DNA of 63,487 nt, filler included, from Octopus bimaculoides (lineage: Eukaryota), in assembly GCF_001194135.2 (NCBI RefSeq). It is 6 parts of 4 records of this genome, joined end to end, with 100 filler letters (N's around TTAATTAATTAA, not from the genome) between each part and the next. Parts side by side here need not be neighbours in the genome. Positions count along the whole stretch, not along the records: positions 12,226 to 36,844 come from NC_068981.1; positions 36,945 to 44,053 come from NC_068996.1; 4 more parts are not named here. One strand, written 5' to 3'. A program made the translations under genes and the position numbers. Positions 24,241-37,899 of this stretch are shown piece by piece. The notes below the pieces were generated by a model. It saw nothing but the letters and a program-made list of their open reading frames with translations. It searched no databases and was not told the DNA's origin. Each line of letters starts with the position of its first letter. The stretch's first letter is position 1.

Positions 24241-25205
24241 GAAGACTTGCAGTAGAGGAGATATATAACTACCTTAGTTGGAAAAAGAGAGAGGAGAGGA
24301 AAGAGTGAAAAAGGGAGAGAGAGAGACAGAGAAAATATGTGAAAAGATGTGTTCTGGTAAACGTTAGCATGTAGGGGGTGGAGTGACGAGGTACAAAAAA
24401 CTGGATAGGGTGAGTGGGCAGGTAAGTTCGTGTAGGTGTGAACAGCCAACAACTTTAAGGGATGAGGTAAGTCACTTACATCGAATCCAGTGTTCAACTG
24501 GTATTTATTTTATTGACCCCAAAACGATGAAAGGCAAAGTCAACCTCAGCGGAATTTGAACTCAGAACGTAAAGACGGACGTAAAGACGGCCTTCAAAAT
24601 GGATAAAATACTATAAAGAAAACAGATACTGAACATTTGGTAAATGTTCTGTTAAGGTTAGGGTTAGAGTTAGATTTAAGTGTAGGCTGCACGAGTGAAA
24701 GTTCTGATTACTTTCATTTCCGATTCTCTTGATATTGTTCTTGATATTTCCCACATTTTCCCAGTCTTTCCAGGTCCGTTACTTAACTTTTATTGTTCTA
24801 CCTGTGAGGGCGCATAGCCTAGTGGTTTCAATTCCTGGACCGGGTAGTGCATTCTGTTCTTGAGCAAAACGCTTCAACTTACGTTACTCTACGATCACTT
24901 CGGCACCTGACATAAGGTACACCGTGTACCTGTTCAGGCAATATCCATTTGATGGGAAAAATAATAATGTATAGCTCAAACATTTGATGCCATAAGCAAA
25001 TCATTTGTACGGGTTGTTCAGCAAATAAATTGCAGAACAGTCTTTCTCGGACTGCGAGAGACTACCATCATTTCTTATCATTGCCCTATCTTTAGTATAA
25101 TTCCACCAACATGTTGCCTTCGGTCCTTGTACCAGCTGCAGATCTGATATGAAACCTTCAGCAGCTGGTCTTATAGGAAACTGCCAGTGTTCTTTATGTT
25201 TTTAG

Positions 25206-25370
<165 letters not shown>

Positions 25371-25879
25371 GCTCACTCGATCGCTCGCTTTTATTCTTTC
25401 ACACTCTTATCGTTCCCTTGTCTACTATATCATCATTAATATTCTGCTACTCTTAAGCCCCATTCATAAATTGGTCCCCCCTAACTTTATCTACCATTCA
25501 CTACGTCCACCCCTTAACCCTTTTGTCACCTACTCTTCCCTACCGCCTACACTTATTATTTACTCAATACTTGTCTTTCTCTCTTTATATTCACTCCTTC
25601 ACTTTCTTCATCTCTCAGTCTGCCATACACTTCCAATCTCTACCTACTCACACCACTGGTTCTTCTGCCCTTTACTCACTTTTCTAATCACTTCATACTT
25701 GAGAGTCCGTGCAGATACCTCATCACAACTACCTTATCTCTTCCCGTTCCACTGGGAAAACACTTTTCACACTCTCTTCTAAAATGTGATGAGCCGTGTA
25801 GTTGCCCTATAGCAGGAAACCTGTTCTCCAGCGGTCGCTTATCTCATGCATTAGCCCCGTATCTGCTAGCATAAAAAGA

Positions 25880-26135
25880 CCTCTCTCGAGGTTTTAGTCT
25901 TACAAGCTGCATGGCAACCCAACCAGTACTGGTGGCACAAAAAAGAACACCCAGCACACGCTGTAAAGTGATTAACGTTAAGAAGAGTATCCAGCCACAG
26001 AAACTATGCCAAAGCAGACAGTAGAGTATAGTGCGGTCCTTGGGCCCATCAGATCCTGTCAAGGCATCCAGCCCATGCCAACATGGGACATGGACGTTAA
26101 ATAATGATGATGATGACGACGAAGACGATGACGAC
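25880..26135 (+). mobile_element. RTE-type 3' tail repeat ending in (GAT)n
   Basis: CCCATGCCAACATGG..GGACGTTAAA(TGA)n end shared with the RTE 3' UTR at 42940-42985 and with the copies at 41690 and 43785. Confidence 0.7.
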
Positions 26136-29039
26136 GATGCTGTTGATGTGATGATGATGGTGGTGTTTTGTATGATTGCACGCATGCACTTATGCATGTA
26201 TGTATGTATGTATGTATGTATGCATGCATGCATGCATGTATGTATGTTTGCGCATATATATCAATTAAAGAAAAAGTAAAGAAGAGACAGGCGATTAAGA
26301 TTTAATTTCATATTGTACAGTTGTTTCATAATTCGCTTTCAGTTTCATCATAAACTTTGGTTCGAACACGTATACTTATTGTATACATATAACACATAAT
26401 AAACATATTTGCACACATACATAATTACACATACAAAACACATTCCACATCTCTTAAATCACATCCCAACATATTAAAAGGAGTCAATGTACTTCCTGAT
26501 ATACAAAAGATATGATGGACAAGTTGGAACGCCTTTGATTATAACTTGGTTGATCAGGGCTGACCTGGGTTAAACAACAGCAGAACATTTGAATCAAAGA
26601 ATATGAATTAGTAGTTTTGACAACTTATACAACGTAAATTAAATTATTCAAGATGTCCTATCTGTAGCGACGCTTGCAATTCGAAACCTTGATATCTCAG
26701 TAACAAGAATAAATGCCTACGACATATCAGGTGATTTTGCACTGTATTTTGACAAATCATAAGAGAAGTGCGGTCGTGTGATCGCGTGATTTCAATGGAA
26801 ATTTCCATGCAATTTCCTGTCAAAATATGGTAGTAAATTGGCATGCACCGGAAGACAAATCAGAGAGGAGAGAAGCTTAGCAGAGTTTGTTAGAGATAAT
26901 CTTGCTTATTGGCAGCCATGTTAAAAGAGCATCTCATCAAATATGAAAGCATATTTTCTTATATTTCTCAATACATAGATACACTTCTGACATTTAACTA
27001 AACAATCTCGGCAGAATAAAACTTACTGACTACTCTTTAAAACAATGTTATTCTATTAAGCGTGTCAAGAATGTTATTACTCTATAAATGTAAATTTAAC
27101 TCTGGAAAGATTATGACCATTCTTCATTCCGTTTGCAACGACATATCTGTCTGCATCTGGATTCAGTTCTATTTCGTCAACCAAGATCGTAAAACAAGAA
27201 AATTTCACATTTTGATAAAATCGTGAATTCAATGCCGTCTTAACTGCATTATAGGCCTCCAGGCAAATAAATGCCCAGGGCCCTAAAGAATTTATTTTTT
27301 AACAGTAAGCCAGAGCACACGTAGATCAGAATTAAGCTCCAAGATCTGTTGGGTTTATGGGCAACCGTACAGTGTGCCTAGCGTAATTGAAAAGCAAGAA
27401 GAAAGTAGTTATTTGATTTTATGTTCGTGATTGAGATTGATTTCTTTGTTTAGTTTTATTTTATTTTCCTCAATTTAAATTTAGCTTTTATACACTGTGT
27501 CAAGTGCTTATTGTCGTAAAATCCAATTTGTTCGCCTACATCATTATGTATAGTTAAGTGGAAAATACTAAATAACTTATTAGAAAATTTATATTTCATC
27601 TACAAATGTGACGTCATTACTGTACAGAGTGCGAAAATTAATCAAACACTTAAGTGTTCGGAACATAGAACGGATTGTGAACCTCTGCTCATAGATTAAA
27701 ACATCTTTTTTTTTTAGTTTAAAAAAAGATGACAAACACCAGAAAAACACGCTCGAACGATTTGGGGAAATATTTTTTCGTTGACACATTAAAGGTATCT
27801 GAAAAAAATAATTACTCAGAAATAGTAACGTATTCTATTTTTAACATGGACATTAAGCGTGCCTAAAAGATAAACTTACGGTTTACTTTCTGTTCGCACC
27901 TTTTAAAATGTTACACAGTAAATATTTAAGTTGACTAACAACTTTCCAGCAGATTCTGAAAACAGGTGATAGAGAGGTGTTAAAGTTATTTAGACAAGAG
28001 CCAAGATCAAGATTCAAGCAGTAGAAAATCTTTTGTATAAATGTGTGAACAAAGCTGAAACAATCGGCTTACAGATTTCTAACAATCTAGCAGATTATTC
28101 ATACTAATTAAAACTTTAGTCATAATAAATACAGAGACACCTGCACCCTTTAGCAATTGTTAATGCAAGATTAACTCAAGGTGTCAGAGAAATTCAAAAG
28201 AGGACGAGAATATTGTTACAGCATAAAATTAACACATGGCAAATGGTTACCGTAACAACAGTTATGAAGAGGATGTTAAGTATAATGTATCCAATAGTAA
28301 TACATGTGATTCTTTGTATTTGTTCATACATACGTTCATACAAATATTACACGCACATGCACGCACGCGCACAAACAAGCGCGCGCACACGCACACGCAC
28401 ACACACACACACATACAAGCGCACACAGACACAAAAGCGCGTGCACACGCATATATATATATATTCACACGTACTTTTTGTAAAAGCGGTAGCAAAGTAA
28501 AGGGATAAGCATGCACTCTACAAAAAAATATTAAGTAATTCTTCAATTTAATGTTAGACTGTTGACGTAAACGCGCACTCGCGCGCGCACACACACACTC
28601 ACACAAGCGGCACATACACACACATACATACATGTATATATGCATGCAAACATACATGTATGCATATCTACATACATACATGTATGTATACATATATATA
28701 CAGGTATATATGTATGTATAGCAATTTGTATATCTTACTTACATCAACCCAGAGTTCACTTGGTACTTATTTTATTGAATCTGAAAGAATGAAAGGCAAA
28801 GTCGATCACGGCAGAATTTGAACTCAGTAAAGACAGACGAAATGTCGTTAAGCATTTTTGTCCGGCAGGCTAAGGGTTCCGCCAGCTCGCCATCTTGTTA
28901 TTGTGATTAGTATTAAAATATATTACAGTTATTGCAATCAAGTGTCACATGGATTTTGTCACAGCATAAGATTTTAGTTGTTAAGATTTTGTTTCATAAA
29001 GTTACTACAAAACAGCAAATCTTTAACTGAGTTCAAATG

Positions 29040-29185
29040 GAGACCGCAAATGTCGATTATATTGTTTTTCTTTGGAGGACACAACACATGTAATCAACGA
29101 CTTCCCGAAAATGTCCCTGAGATACTACTTCCCACTGTGATATGATGTTATTGCTAAAACAATAAACCATTCCACACAATCTGCT
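29040..29185 (+). pseudogene. R4/Dong-like LINE zinc-knuckle remnant
   Basis: KCRLYCFSLEDTTHVINDFPKMSLRYYFP..DVIAKTI. Confidence 0.55.
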
Positions 29186-29854
29186 TAAAAGATTTCCCTA
29201 GGGTAAATATAAACAACACCTCTGCTATGGAGTAAATAGTTATCAATAAAAGGTATATTGGCGAAATATTCCTATCAGAGCTTATACCAAGTACAAATAT
29301 AAAAATCTTGAGATAATTATTTGGGAGAGAAAAGGATAGCTCTGGTATAGTCATATAGGATATTTCCCATGTAGATCTTGAACATCTCTTCTAAAATCAG
29401 AAAGAAGAGAATACCTATGGACAACTGCTTCAAAACCTATAACCTCCCTCACCCACTATCCTGATTATAAATCCACAATTCATATCAATGGTTATTGGTG
29501 CACTGGATTAAGTAAATAAATGTGAAAGAGATAATATGGAAAAGCTTGGATTTTCAAGTGAAGAAACAAACCGACCAATATGAACTTAATAGATGTCATT
29601 GTAAGTGGAACAATAAAAATATGCAAGGCTTTCTTAAATAAAATTCGATACGTAACAATTATCTTTGTGTTCTCCAAATTCCAAATATAGAGCTTTGGTT
29701 TGTTTTTTTACAAGCCGATTCCTTCATTTTAAGAAGAATATTAATAAATAACATGAAGGCATACATACACACATACATACATACATACATACATACATAC
29801 ATACATACATACATACATACATACATACACACACACATACGTACATACATACAA

Positions 29855-30405
29855 AATAGACTTGACATAGAGATTTGAGATAGAGAAGAGAAACTGTGTA
29901 CAGTTGTGAAAATCAGCAGCCCAGCGGATGTTAACATAAAGCTAAGGATCAAGGAAACAGAAAATACCTACGCTGAATTATTGAGAAATCAGCAGTTACT
30001 CTACCCAGATTACAAGTTCAGGTTTAGAATATGTATCACACTGTCCAAGTACTTATCTTGAGAAATTAGGCTTCCCAAAACTAGAAAGAAGAAAGCTGAT
30101 TCAAAGACTACAGATCCAAGCCATCACAGTAACAGCAAAAATCTGTAAAACTTTCCAGAAGTTTATCATTTAAGTATATATATGAGCATGTCTAGACATG
30201 CAACTATATGCATGAAAATACATGCGTAAAACAAAACACACAAATCTGCATTTGCACTAACTCCAAATACTGCACCTATACATACATACATGCAAAAATA
30301 ACCTGTTGATGTTGTTGAAATTCCAATGAAGAAGCCTTGGATCTAGGTTACAAACCGGCTCTTTCTCTGTTGGCAAGAAATCTTGAGATAAAACTGAATA
30401 ATGAC
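29855..30405 (+). mobile_element. 3' end of an R4/Dong-like LINE (endonuclease C-terminus plus 3' UTR), flanked by (CATA)n on both sides
   Basis: EEKLCTVVKISSPADVNIKLRIKETENTYAELLRNQQLLYPDYKFRF...LEKLGFPKLERRKLIQRLQIQAIT..KICKTFQKFII*; the UTR is shared with 35490-35750. Confidence 0.8.
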
Positions 30406-30479
30406 ACACGCGCGCGCACACATACATACATACATACATACATACATACATACACATACGCAGACCAGTGAATCCTTCT

Positions 30480-33330
30480 CCAGAGAAGATTGTGAACAAT
30501 ACGGATTACGATAGCAATAAAACTGAAACGAACCTATTGCCGTTACACTAGCGATCAGTAACTGATAACGAACAAACAGAAATAATGAGTGAAGAATATA
30601 AACAACTGAAAGAACATTTATCAACAAAATTCTAACAAAAGTTCATCGTCTACATTAACAATTATCACATGAATCAATACAAAACCTACCGACCAAATGT
30701 TATCCACAATGGACCAAATAGCTAAAGAACAATTAGCAGAAATTGAAAATCCCGACTTTTGGACATTGAATGTTCGGCTGTAAAGTGCTGCGATAACCAT
30801 TCGCCAACAGATGAAAGTAGCAGTGATCGATCTCTGCGAGAAGAAGCAACCAAGCACATATCGACAGACTCGTGGAAAATATTGGACAGTTAGATACAAT
30901 CATCATGAGTGAAATGAATAGTAAATTCATGAACCACCAGCTGCATCTAAAGTCTATGGGAAATGTTGACAAGAAACACTAACGAGCATACATTAAATAC
31001 AGACTGCGAGTAGTAAATGAACAATTATTTTACACAGGAAAAAAACAACTCCGTGAACGAAAAGCCATCAATCGTAAATTTGCAATAAACCCACAAGCGG
31101 TTTATCGCAGTATGAAAGGCCATACTATCAGAGTTGTGAAAGCCCATCCACTAGATAATCTAAAGCCGTTTGGGGAACGATTTGGAAACAAACAACACAA
31201 CCTTCATGCGAATAACACAACTTTGGTGGTTAGATGAGCTACGAAGTGAGTACTGTGCAAACATTTATTTCAAAACTTACATCAACAGTGAAACTCTCCT
31301 GGCGGCTGTCACAAAACAGGGAGGGACCTGATTGTCGGTTATTGATATAGAAAGCTTACATTCCACAGGGCAGCCTTCGTTAACCTGTTCAAAAGAACAC
31401 TGCTGGGGTTGGTGTGTCACTCAAGCTGGCAATTGAACATACAACACTCGTAGCTAAAAACCAGGAGACACATGCGGCCAAAATCTACAGGGTCGCAGTG
31501 TGCTCAATATGAGGTATAAATCATATACAGGTTGCTTGAATGTATTCATCAACGATCACTGTGAACATACAATATAGCAACTGAAGAACAAGAAGGAAGA
31601 ATCTGGGGCTGTGTCGAATGACATCTCATCAACAAAGCTGTTCTTAAAGAAGCGAAGCAGCATTGCTGAAATCTGCTCACTGTAGGCTACACTATAAGAA
31701 GTTTGATTTTGTTCTTCACCCGTAGATTATGGAGTTACTATACCTTTCTAAGGTTCCAACCTGGTTAATGCCATTAAGAAGCTGACAATAACATGGTTCA
31801 CAGAGCCATCCTTAAGAACTGAAACTGTCACTAACAGCATTATGCTATTAACAAGAAGGCGACAGTTCATCTGTACTGCTTTTCGCCCTGGCAGTGAGCC
31901 CTATGTCAGTTTTGATATGGAAAATCAAAAGCTATATGATAGGAGTAGCAGATGAAGGAAAGATTAATTTCACCCATTCACTTTTTGTTAGTGAACTTAA
32001 GCTGCATTCGAGTAATATTCAAGACACCAGTTAGAACTAGTCACGGCATTCTCACGGAACATAGGAATGGACTTCAGTCAGGACAATTACTATTGTTTAT
32101 ATTTAGTAGTCAAACGAGGAATGTTTGTCGATGGCCTTCTATCTCCGTGATGAATGTTACAAATACTTCGGAATTGAATGTTGGTGCTCTGAGTAAAGCT
32201 AGAGTGATAAAAGTATATTTTAGCATATTTCAAAAGAAATGGAAGTTAGTGTTGTGTGCATTCAATAAAACTATGTCCCATAATGCTTTCGCAGTGCCAG
32301 TGATAGTACCAGCATTTAGAATATTTGACTGGACACTTGAAGAAATATGCAACTTGAACATCAGGACTAGGAAGATACTAACAAAGACTGGTAGCTTTCA
32401 CACCAAAAGTGACTCTTATACGATCTACGTTAAACGGAGAAATAGAGACAGAGGTATAAGATCAGACCAGACGGCTCTTGAGTGCCGCACTGTGTTACTT
32501 AGTCAACACCTACTAAACAAGAAAGAGGGGAATGAGTACATCACGTACATGCTCAACAGTGAAAGTCATATCATTATAAGATTAGGCAAAGGACTTCTGA
32601 AAGAGTAATGCGAGTTTGCCGCTGTTTCATGTGAACCAAGGTTTGCTGGATTATCCTATTTAAACAGACTTGGAAGATAAATACTCATCATACTTGCAGA
32701 AAGCTAGAGAATGCCAGCAACATTGACAGGAATAACAGCCTCTTCTGGACCTATGACCTCGTATGATAAGTACAGCTCACTTAGAAGGCTATGCTTTTGC
32801 TACCCAAGAACAGGAGGTAGCTACTAAATACCTAATCGACAAAAGAGATAAGGATGCCTCTAAAACTCCACCCAATCGAGTCTATTGTGCGGAAGATGTC
32901 TCTGATATCATTAGTAGCTTTTCAAAAATGTCCACAACATACTACCTTGTCATGAGATACGACATTGTCTCTAAGACGATCTACAATGCTATTGCAGAGA
33001 AGATTGTCCCTATGGAAATACCAAAGGTACACCAGAATCAGAAAGCGCATCCATTTTTTAAAATAAAATGTACAGGTGGAACATTCCGATAAAAACAGCA
33101 ACCTGGAGTAAGCACAACAGGCTAGCTATTGTTATATGCTACAGGGAGCAGAAGTTTTACATTGTTGTAGAGATCTACAGTGGATATGAATATACATTTG
33201 TAAAGACCGTGCGATCAGGAGATGGTGACGAGGAATGGCTCGTTTAGCACATCGCACGGTCGATACAAATAACAAGTACGAAAAGAGGACAAATGAGTAT
33301 GTGTGCCAAAGGGAAAAGAGAGACACAACC
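30480..33330 (+). mobile_element. Long, highly degenerate R4/Dong-like LINE
   Basis: AINRKFAINPQAVYR, VPAFRIFDWTLEEICNLNIRTRKILTKTGSFHTKSD, HLEGYAFATQEQEVATKYL, DIISSFSKMSTTYYLVMRYD, KHNRLAIVI; many stops. Confidence 0.78.
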
Positions 33331-34641
33331 GGTCGAAGGTTTAAGAGAAGATTTTATTGATATGTCAACTTGTGTGTCTGTGTGTGTGAGTGCGACATAT
33401 AAACATAATAATAGACAGGCCGTCATGCAAACAAAGTGTATGTGTATATAAACATGTGTGTATGTGTGTGCGAGAAATACAGAGCATAGAAAAGAGTCTA
33501 TAAGGACGTTAGAAGAAAGTCCAGACACAAGGATGGGAAATGCCAGTTCGTATTCAAGGTACACAGTAGTTGAGGTGCTGTAACAAGAAGTTGTGGCGGC
33601 AACGCAGACCCGGGAAAAGGCACATGTGTAAGAAGTTGAGGTTTCAATGCTACGGCCGGTTACTTGGTACAGGAGGTGGTCGCAGGTTGTATTCGCTGTT
33701 AACCATGGTGAATTAATCATAAACAGTGAGGTGATAGAACTTGTGCGGGTGCTGTTGGTGGTGTGTACGTAGAGAAGTTAGTGTAGTCAAGAAGATGATG
33801 GTGGTGACGAAGATGGAGTGTCTTGAATGCTGTTGAACGAAGTGTTGAATTTCCATGAAGCTGCTGTTGTCATCGCTTGAACTGGCTGTTTGCTCTGTGG
33901 TCAGCGGCTAGACCTCAGAAGGTCTCGAGCTGAGAAGGCTGACAAAACTGTGACAGTGAAAAGCTAGCTATTTATAAGATACTATCGGCTCAAACTGGGG
34001 TTCAGAAAGACTGTCTCAGGCGACCTTATCTGAAGGCTGCGATTGGTTGGGTTGCATCTTGGTGTGGAATAGAACAGGAGACAAAATGCGCAAATACCAA
34101 CCAACAGGGTCCAAAAGTGCGGCCGAAGGCTAGCTGTTATCCACTACGTCCGCATCCATGTATATATAACTGAGAGAGAGAGAGAGAGAGAGAGATAGAG
34201 AGAGAGAGAAAGAGAAGTACCCTACACATTAAAACATTGGGAAAAAGGAAAACATCTAAGGAGAACTGATGAGAAACCCACAGCTCTTACATTCAAGGGA
34301 TAAATTTTTATTTGTTCCTGTAATCATAGGTGTAGTGGTCTACGTAGCAATAGATCTGCATAGAAGCTTAAAAGTGCTTGGGTTATAAAAAAAAAATAAA
34401 ATAAAAAAGAAAACAGAGCAGGCTGATTCACATTCCCCAGATACAGATGATTAGAGATACTATGAAAATTTGTAAAACATATCAAGGGTTCTCCATTTGG
34501 GGGACCAAGGTGGACATAAGCTCACAATCATATATACATATGGAATAAATTTGAATGCACACACAAACAGCAAATAAAACATACAAACCATGTTTTGTCG
34601 CAACTCGTACATCCTCGCGTGCAAGTTTACCCACACGTACA

Positions 34642-35023
34642 TGTTGGCACTCCGTCGCTTACGACGTCGAGGGTTCCAGTCGATCCGATCAACGGAACAG
34701 CCTGCTCGTGAAATTAACGTGCAAGTGGCTGAGCACTCCACTGACACGTGTACCCTTAACGTAGTTCTCGGGGATATTCTGCATGACACAGTGTGACAAG
34801 GCTGGCCCTTTGAAATAGAGGTACAACAGAAACAGGAAGAAAGAGAGAGAGAAAGTTGTGGTAGAAGAGTACAGCAGGGTTCGCCACCATCCCCTGCCGG
34901 AGCCTCGTGGAGCTTTAGGTGTTTTCGCTCAATAAACACTCACAACGCCCGGTCTGGGAATCGAAACCGCGATCCTTTGACCGCGAGTCCGCTGCCCTAA
35001 CTACTGGGTCATTGCGCCTCCAC
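34642..35023 (-). mobile_element. SINE family C
   Basis: Near-identical to 23856-24240. Confidence 0.92.
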
Positions 35024-35199
35024 ATACATACATACATACATACATACATACACACAACATGCACACATACATACACACAACATGCACACATACATACGCA
35101 CATCAACCGCTCCAGGTAACAACAAACCTCCAAGAGCTGTCTTGACTTAGATAGAAGAGCCTTGCATCTTTGTTAATGACGTACTTGACTCCTGCAGGG

Positions 35200-35440
35200 G
35201 AAGAAGGTAAAATAAATGTCAAAGTAATTTTTATAGTCCCAGATACTGCGATCATTTGTAGCATATGAATCAAGGATTTGCATTCCCTCCCCCAAGGACC
35301 CAATTTCAGCCTTACTTTGCCCCAGACTAGTCGGTATGTATCCTGTCGTTCCAATGACAATAGGTATGAAGCTGAAAGTGTATCTTGCGTACTGAATTTG
35401 CAAACTCCTTATCAATGGTCCATTGATGTCCTCCTTCTCT
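35200..35440 (-). pseudogene. R4/Dong-like endonuclease C-terminal fragment
   Basis: NGPLIRSLQIQYARYTFSFIPIVIGTTGYIPTSL. Confidence 0.7.
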
Positions 35441-35489
35441 TGTACGTACGTATGTATGTATGTATGTATGTATGTATGTATGTATGTAT

Positions 35490-35750
35490 ATCATTATTCA
35501 GTTTATTTCAAGATTTCTTGCCAATAGAGAAAGAGCCGGTTTCTAGCCTAGATCCATGGTTCCATTGAAATTTCAATATCAACAACAGGGTATTTTTGTA
35601 TACATGTATGTATGTATGTATGTATGTATGTATGTATGTATGTACGGGCAGATTTGTATGTTTTGCTTTATGTATGTATTCTCATGCATATAGTTGCATA
35701 TCTAGACATGCTCATATATATTTAAACTTGTGGAAAGTTTTACAAAAATG
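35490..35750 (-). mobile_element. 3' UTR of the same LINE family as 29855-30405, flanked by (TATG)n
   Basis: Reverse complement matches 30150-30405 (GAGCATGTCTAGA..GCAACTATATGCATGA, GGATCTAGG..AACCGGCTCTTTCTCT.TTGGCAAGAAATCTTGA). Confidence 0.82.
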
Positions 35751-35849
35751 TATGTATGTATGATTGTATCTATGATTTTATTGAAGACCGTCCTAAGATT
35801 TAAAGGATGAAAGTTAAAACCAGATACTTTCCTTGCTACAAAGTAGATG

Positions 35850-36231
35850 GTGGAGGCGCAATGGCCCAGTGGTCAGGGCAGCGAACTGGCAGTCATAGGA
35901 TCGCGGTTTCGATTCCCAGACCGGGTGTTGTGAGTGTTTATTGAGCGAAAACACCTAAAGCTCCACAAGACTCCGGCAGGGGATGATGGCGAACCCTGTT
36001 GTACTCTTTCACCACAACTTTCTCTCACTCTTACTTCTTGTTTCTGTTGTGTCTGTAATTCAAAGGGTCAGCGTTGTCACACTGTGTCACGCTGAATATC
36101 CCCGAGAACTACGTTAAGGGTACACGTGTCTGTGGAGTGCTCAGCCACTTGCACGTTAATTTCACGAGCAGGCTGTTCCGTTGATCGGATCAACTGGAAC
36201 CCTCGACGTCGTAAGCGACGGATTGCCAACA
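35850..36231 (+). mobile_element. SINE family C
   Basis: Full head to CAACAACAA tail; 13-bp TSD ACAAAGTAGATGG at 35838-35850 and 36232-36244. Confidence 0.93.
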
Positions 36232-36780
36232 ACAAAGTAGATGGCCAGTCAAAATTTACTCTAAATTAAAAAGAGAAAGAGAACATACATACATACATAC
36301 ATACTGATTTAACCATCTCGAGACAGGGCAAGGAAAACGATATAAATAGCCAGTGATACGCCCGGTCATCCGGGACCACGAAAAAAAAAAGACGAGAATC
36401 CGTTGTAGATGAAGATGATCAATTTATAGCGAACGTAAGTAAAATTATGAGAAGTGTATTGTACAGCAGAATGTGCTCGGTTTGTAAAACACAGGTCATG
36501 CATGTCAACTCACAGCAGTGAAATAAAGATATCAAAGGCTTATATGGCAGAAATATACTACTTCATTGTTAGATGGTTTATGTTTCAGTGATACGAAATG
36601 AAGTTTATATTGTTTGTGAAAATATTAACATGAAAGGGTTCATGTTTGACAGGCGACAATAGAAACTTTAGCTTGTATGCTAATACATGATAATACTAGA
36701 GCATGTGTGCTTGTAAGACAATGTAATCATACTGTGCCAGTTAGTACAAAAATGCGTATTTATGAGCGTGCGTGAGTATG

Positions 36781-36844
<64 letters not shown>

Positions 36845-36944
36845 NNNNNNNNNNNNNNNNNNNNNNNNNNNNNNNNNNNNNNNNNNNNTTAATTAATTAA
36901 NNNNNNNNNNNNNNNNNNNNNNNNNNNNNNNNNNNNNNNNNNNN

Positions 36945-37313
36945 GATGCACGTCTGATTCCTTCCTCTATGAGTTGAACTGGGTAGTGTCTGTCAATTAG
37001 TGTGTTTTTGAGTTCTTGTAGTCTGTAGTCTCTAGTATTTTCTTCTGACACTATTGTGCATATTCTTCTTGCAAGGTTGAAGGGGATGTTTGTCTTGGTG
37101 TGTCTTGGGTGGCATGAATCAAATAGTAGATATTGTTTGGCGTCTGTGGTTTTGTAAAATATGTCCGTTTCTATTTTTAGGTTTACTTTTTTAATTAGTA
37201 TATCCAAGAATGGGAGCTCCTTTTGGTTGTACTCCATTGTGAACTGTATGTTTGGGTTGACACTGTTCAGTAGACTTTTGAATTTCAAGAGTTCATCTGT
37301 GTTTTCATTCCAG
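36945..37313 (-). pseudogene. Penelope-like element reverse transcriptase fragment (RT C-terminus/thumb)
   Basis: LNSVNPNIQFTMEYNQKELPFLDILI....IETDIFYKTTDAKQYLLFDSCHPRHTKTNIPFNLARRICTIVSE is the Penelope-type IQFT.E...LPFLD...Y.K.T..SCHP motif series; runs into a gap. Confidence 0.9.
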
Positions 37314-37899
37314 AGTATATATATATATATGTATAAACAGAGATGTACTTGCATAGCAAGTGTTGTTTTGATCTGAGATTTATGTACTGGAACTAAAACA
37401 ACTGCAATGTGGAAGACACTTACCAGCCATTGAGAAACACAGAAAATCTGTTAACTTCATTGAAGTATTTATTAGTAATATGGTGTCAAAGTTTTCCTCA
37501 CACAAAACTCTGCCCTGTTCACTGACAAAAAAATTGTACTGTGTCATATACATACAAAAGAGACAAGCATTGTGTATAAAAGGAATAGAATGTAGCAGGC
37601 AAGGAGAAGACTGGTGATATGTGATGCAGCTGAAGACCCAACCTTAAATGTAAGCTCAACAAAATACTGCAAAAATCAGTTGGAGGGTACATGCACTCTA
37701 CTACCTATTCTTAGTGCATGCACCCCTGTTTCCTATTTTATACCCTAATTTCTGTGCACACAATTTCTCTCTGTACCTATTCTATATCAACTCATCTACT
37801 TATAATCACAAATTATCATCTCATCATCCTTACTTCTTGCTGCTGCACCTTGTTACCCATAAGTGAGAAGAAAACACTTGATCAGTATAAATTGGATAG

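Noticed and set aside
27540-28280. AT-rich non-microsatellite block that might be a decayed transposase
   Set aside because: I could not recover any diagnostic motif in translation.
34266-34280. CTGATGA-GAAAC, resembling a hammerhead core
   Set aside because: No stem II between the core halves and no stem I partner.
36305-36540. TTAA plus CCCGG..CCGGG and CSVCK peptide suggestive of a piggyBac end
   Set aside because: No second TIR or catalytic motif found; too weak to call.
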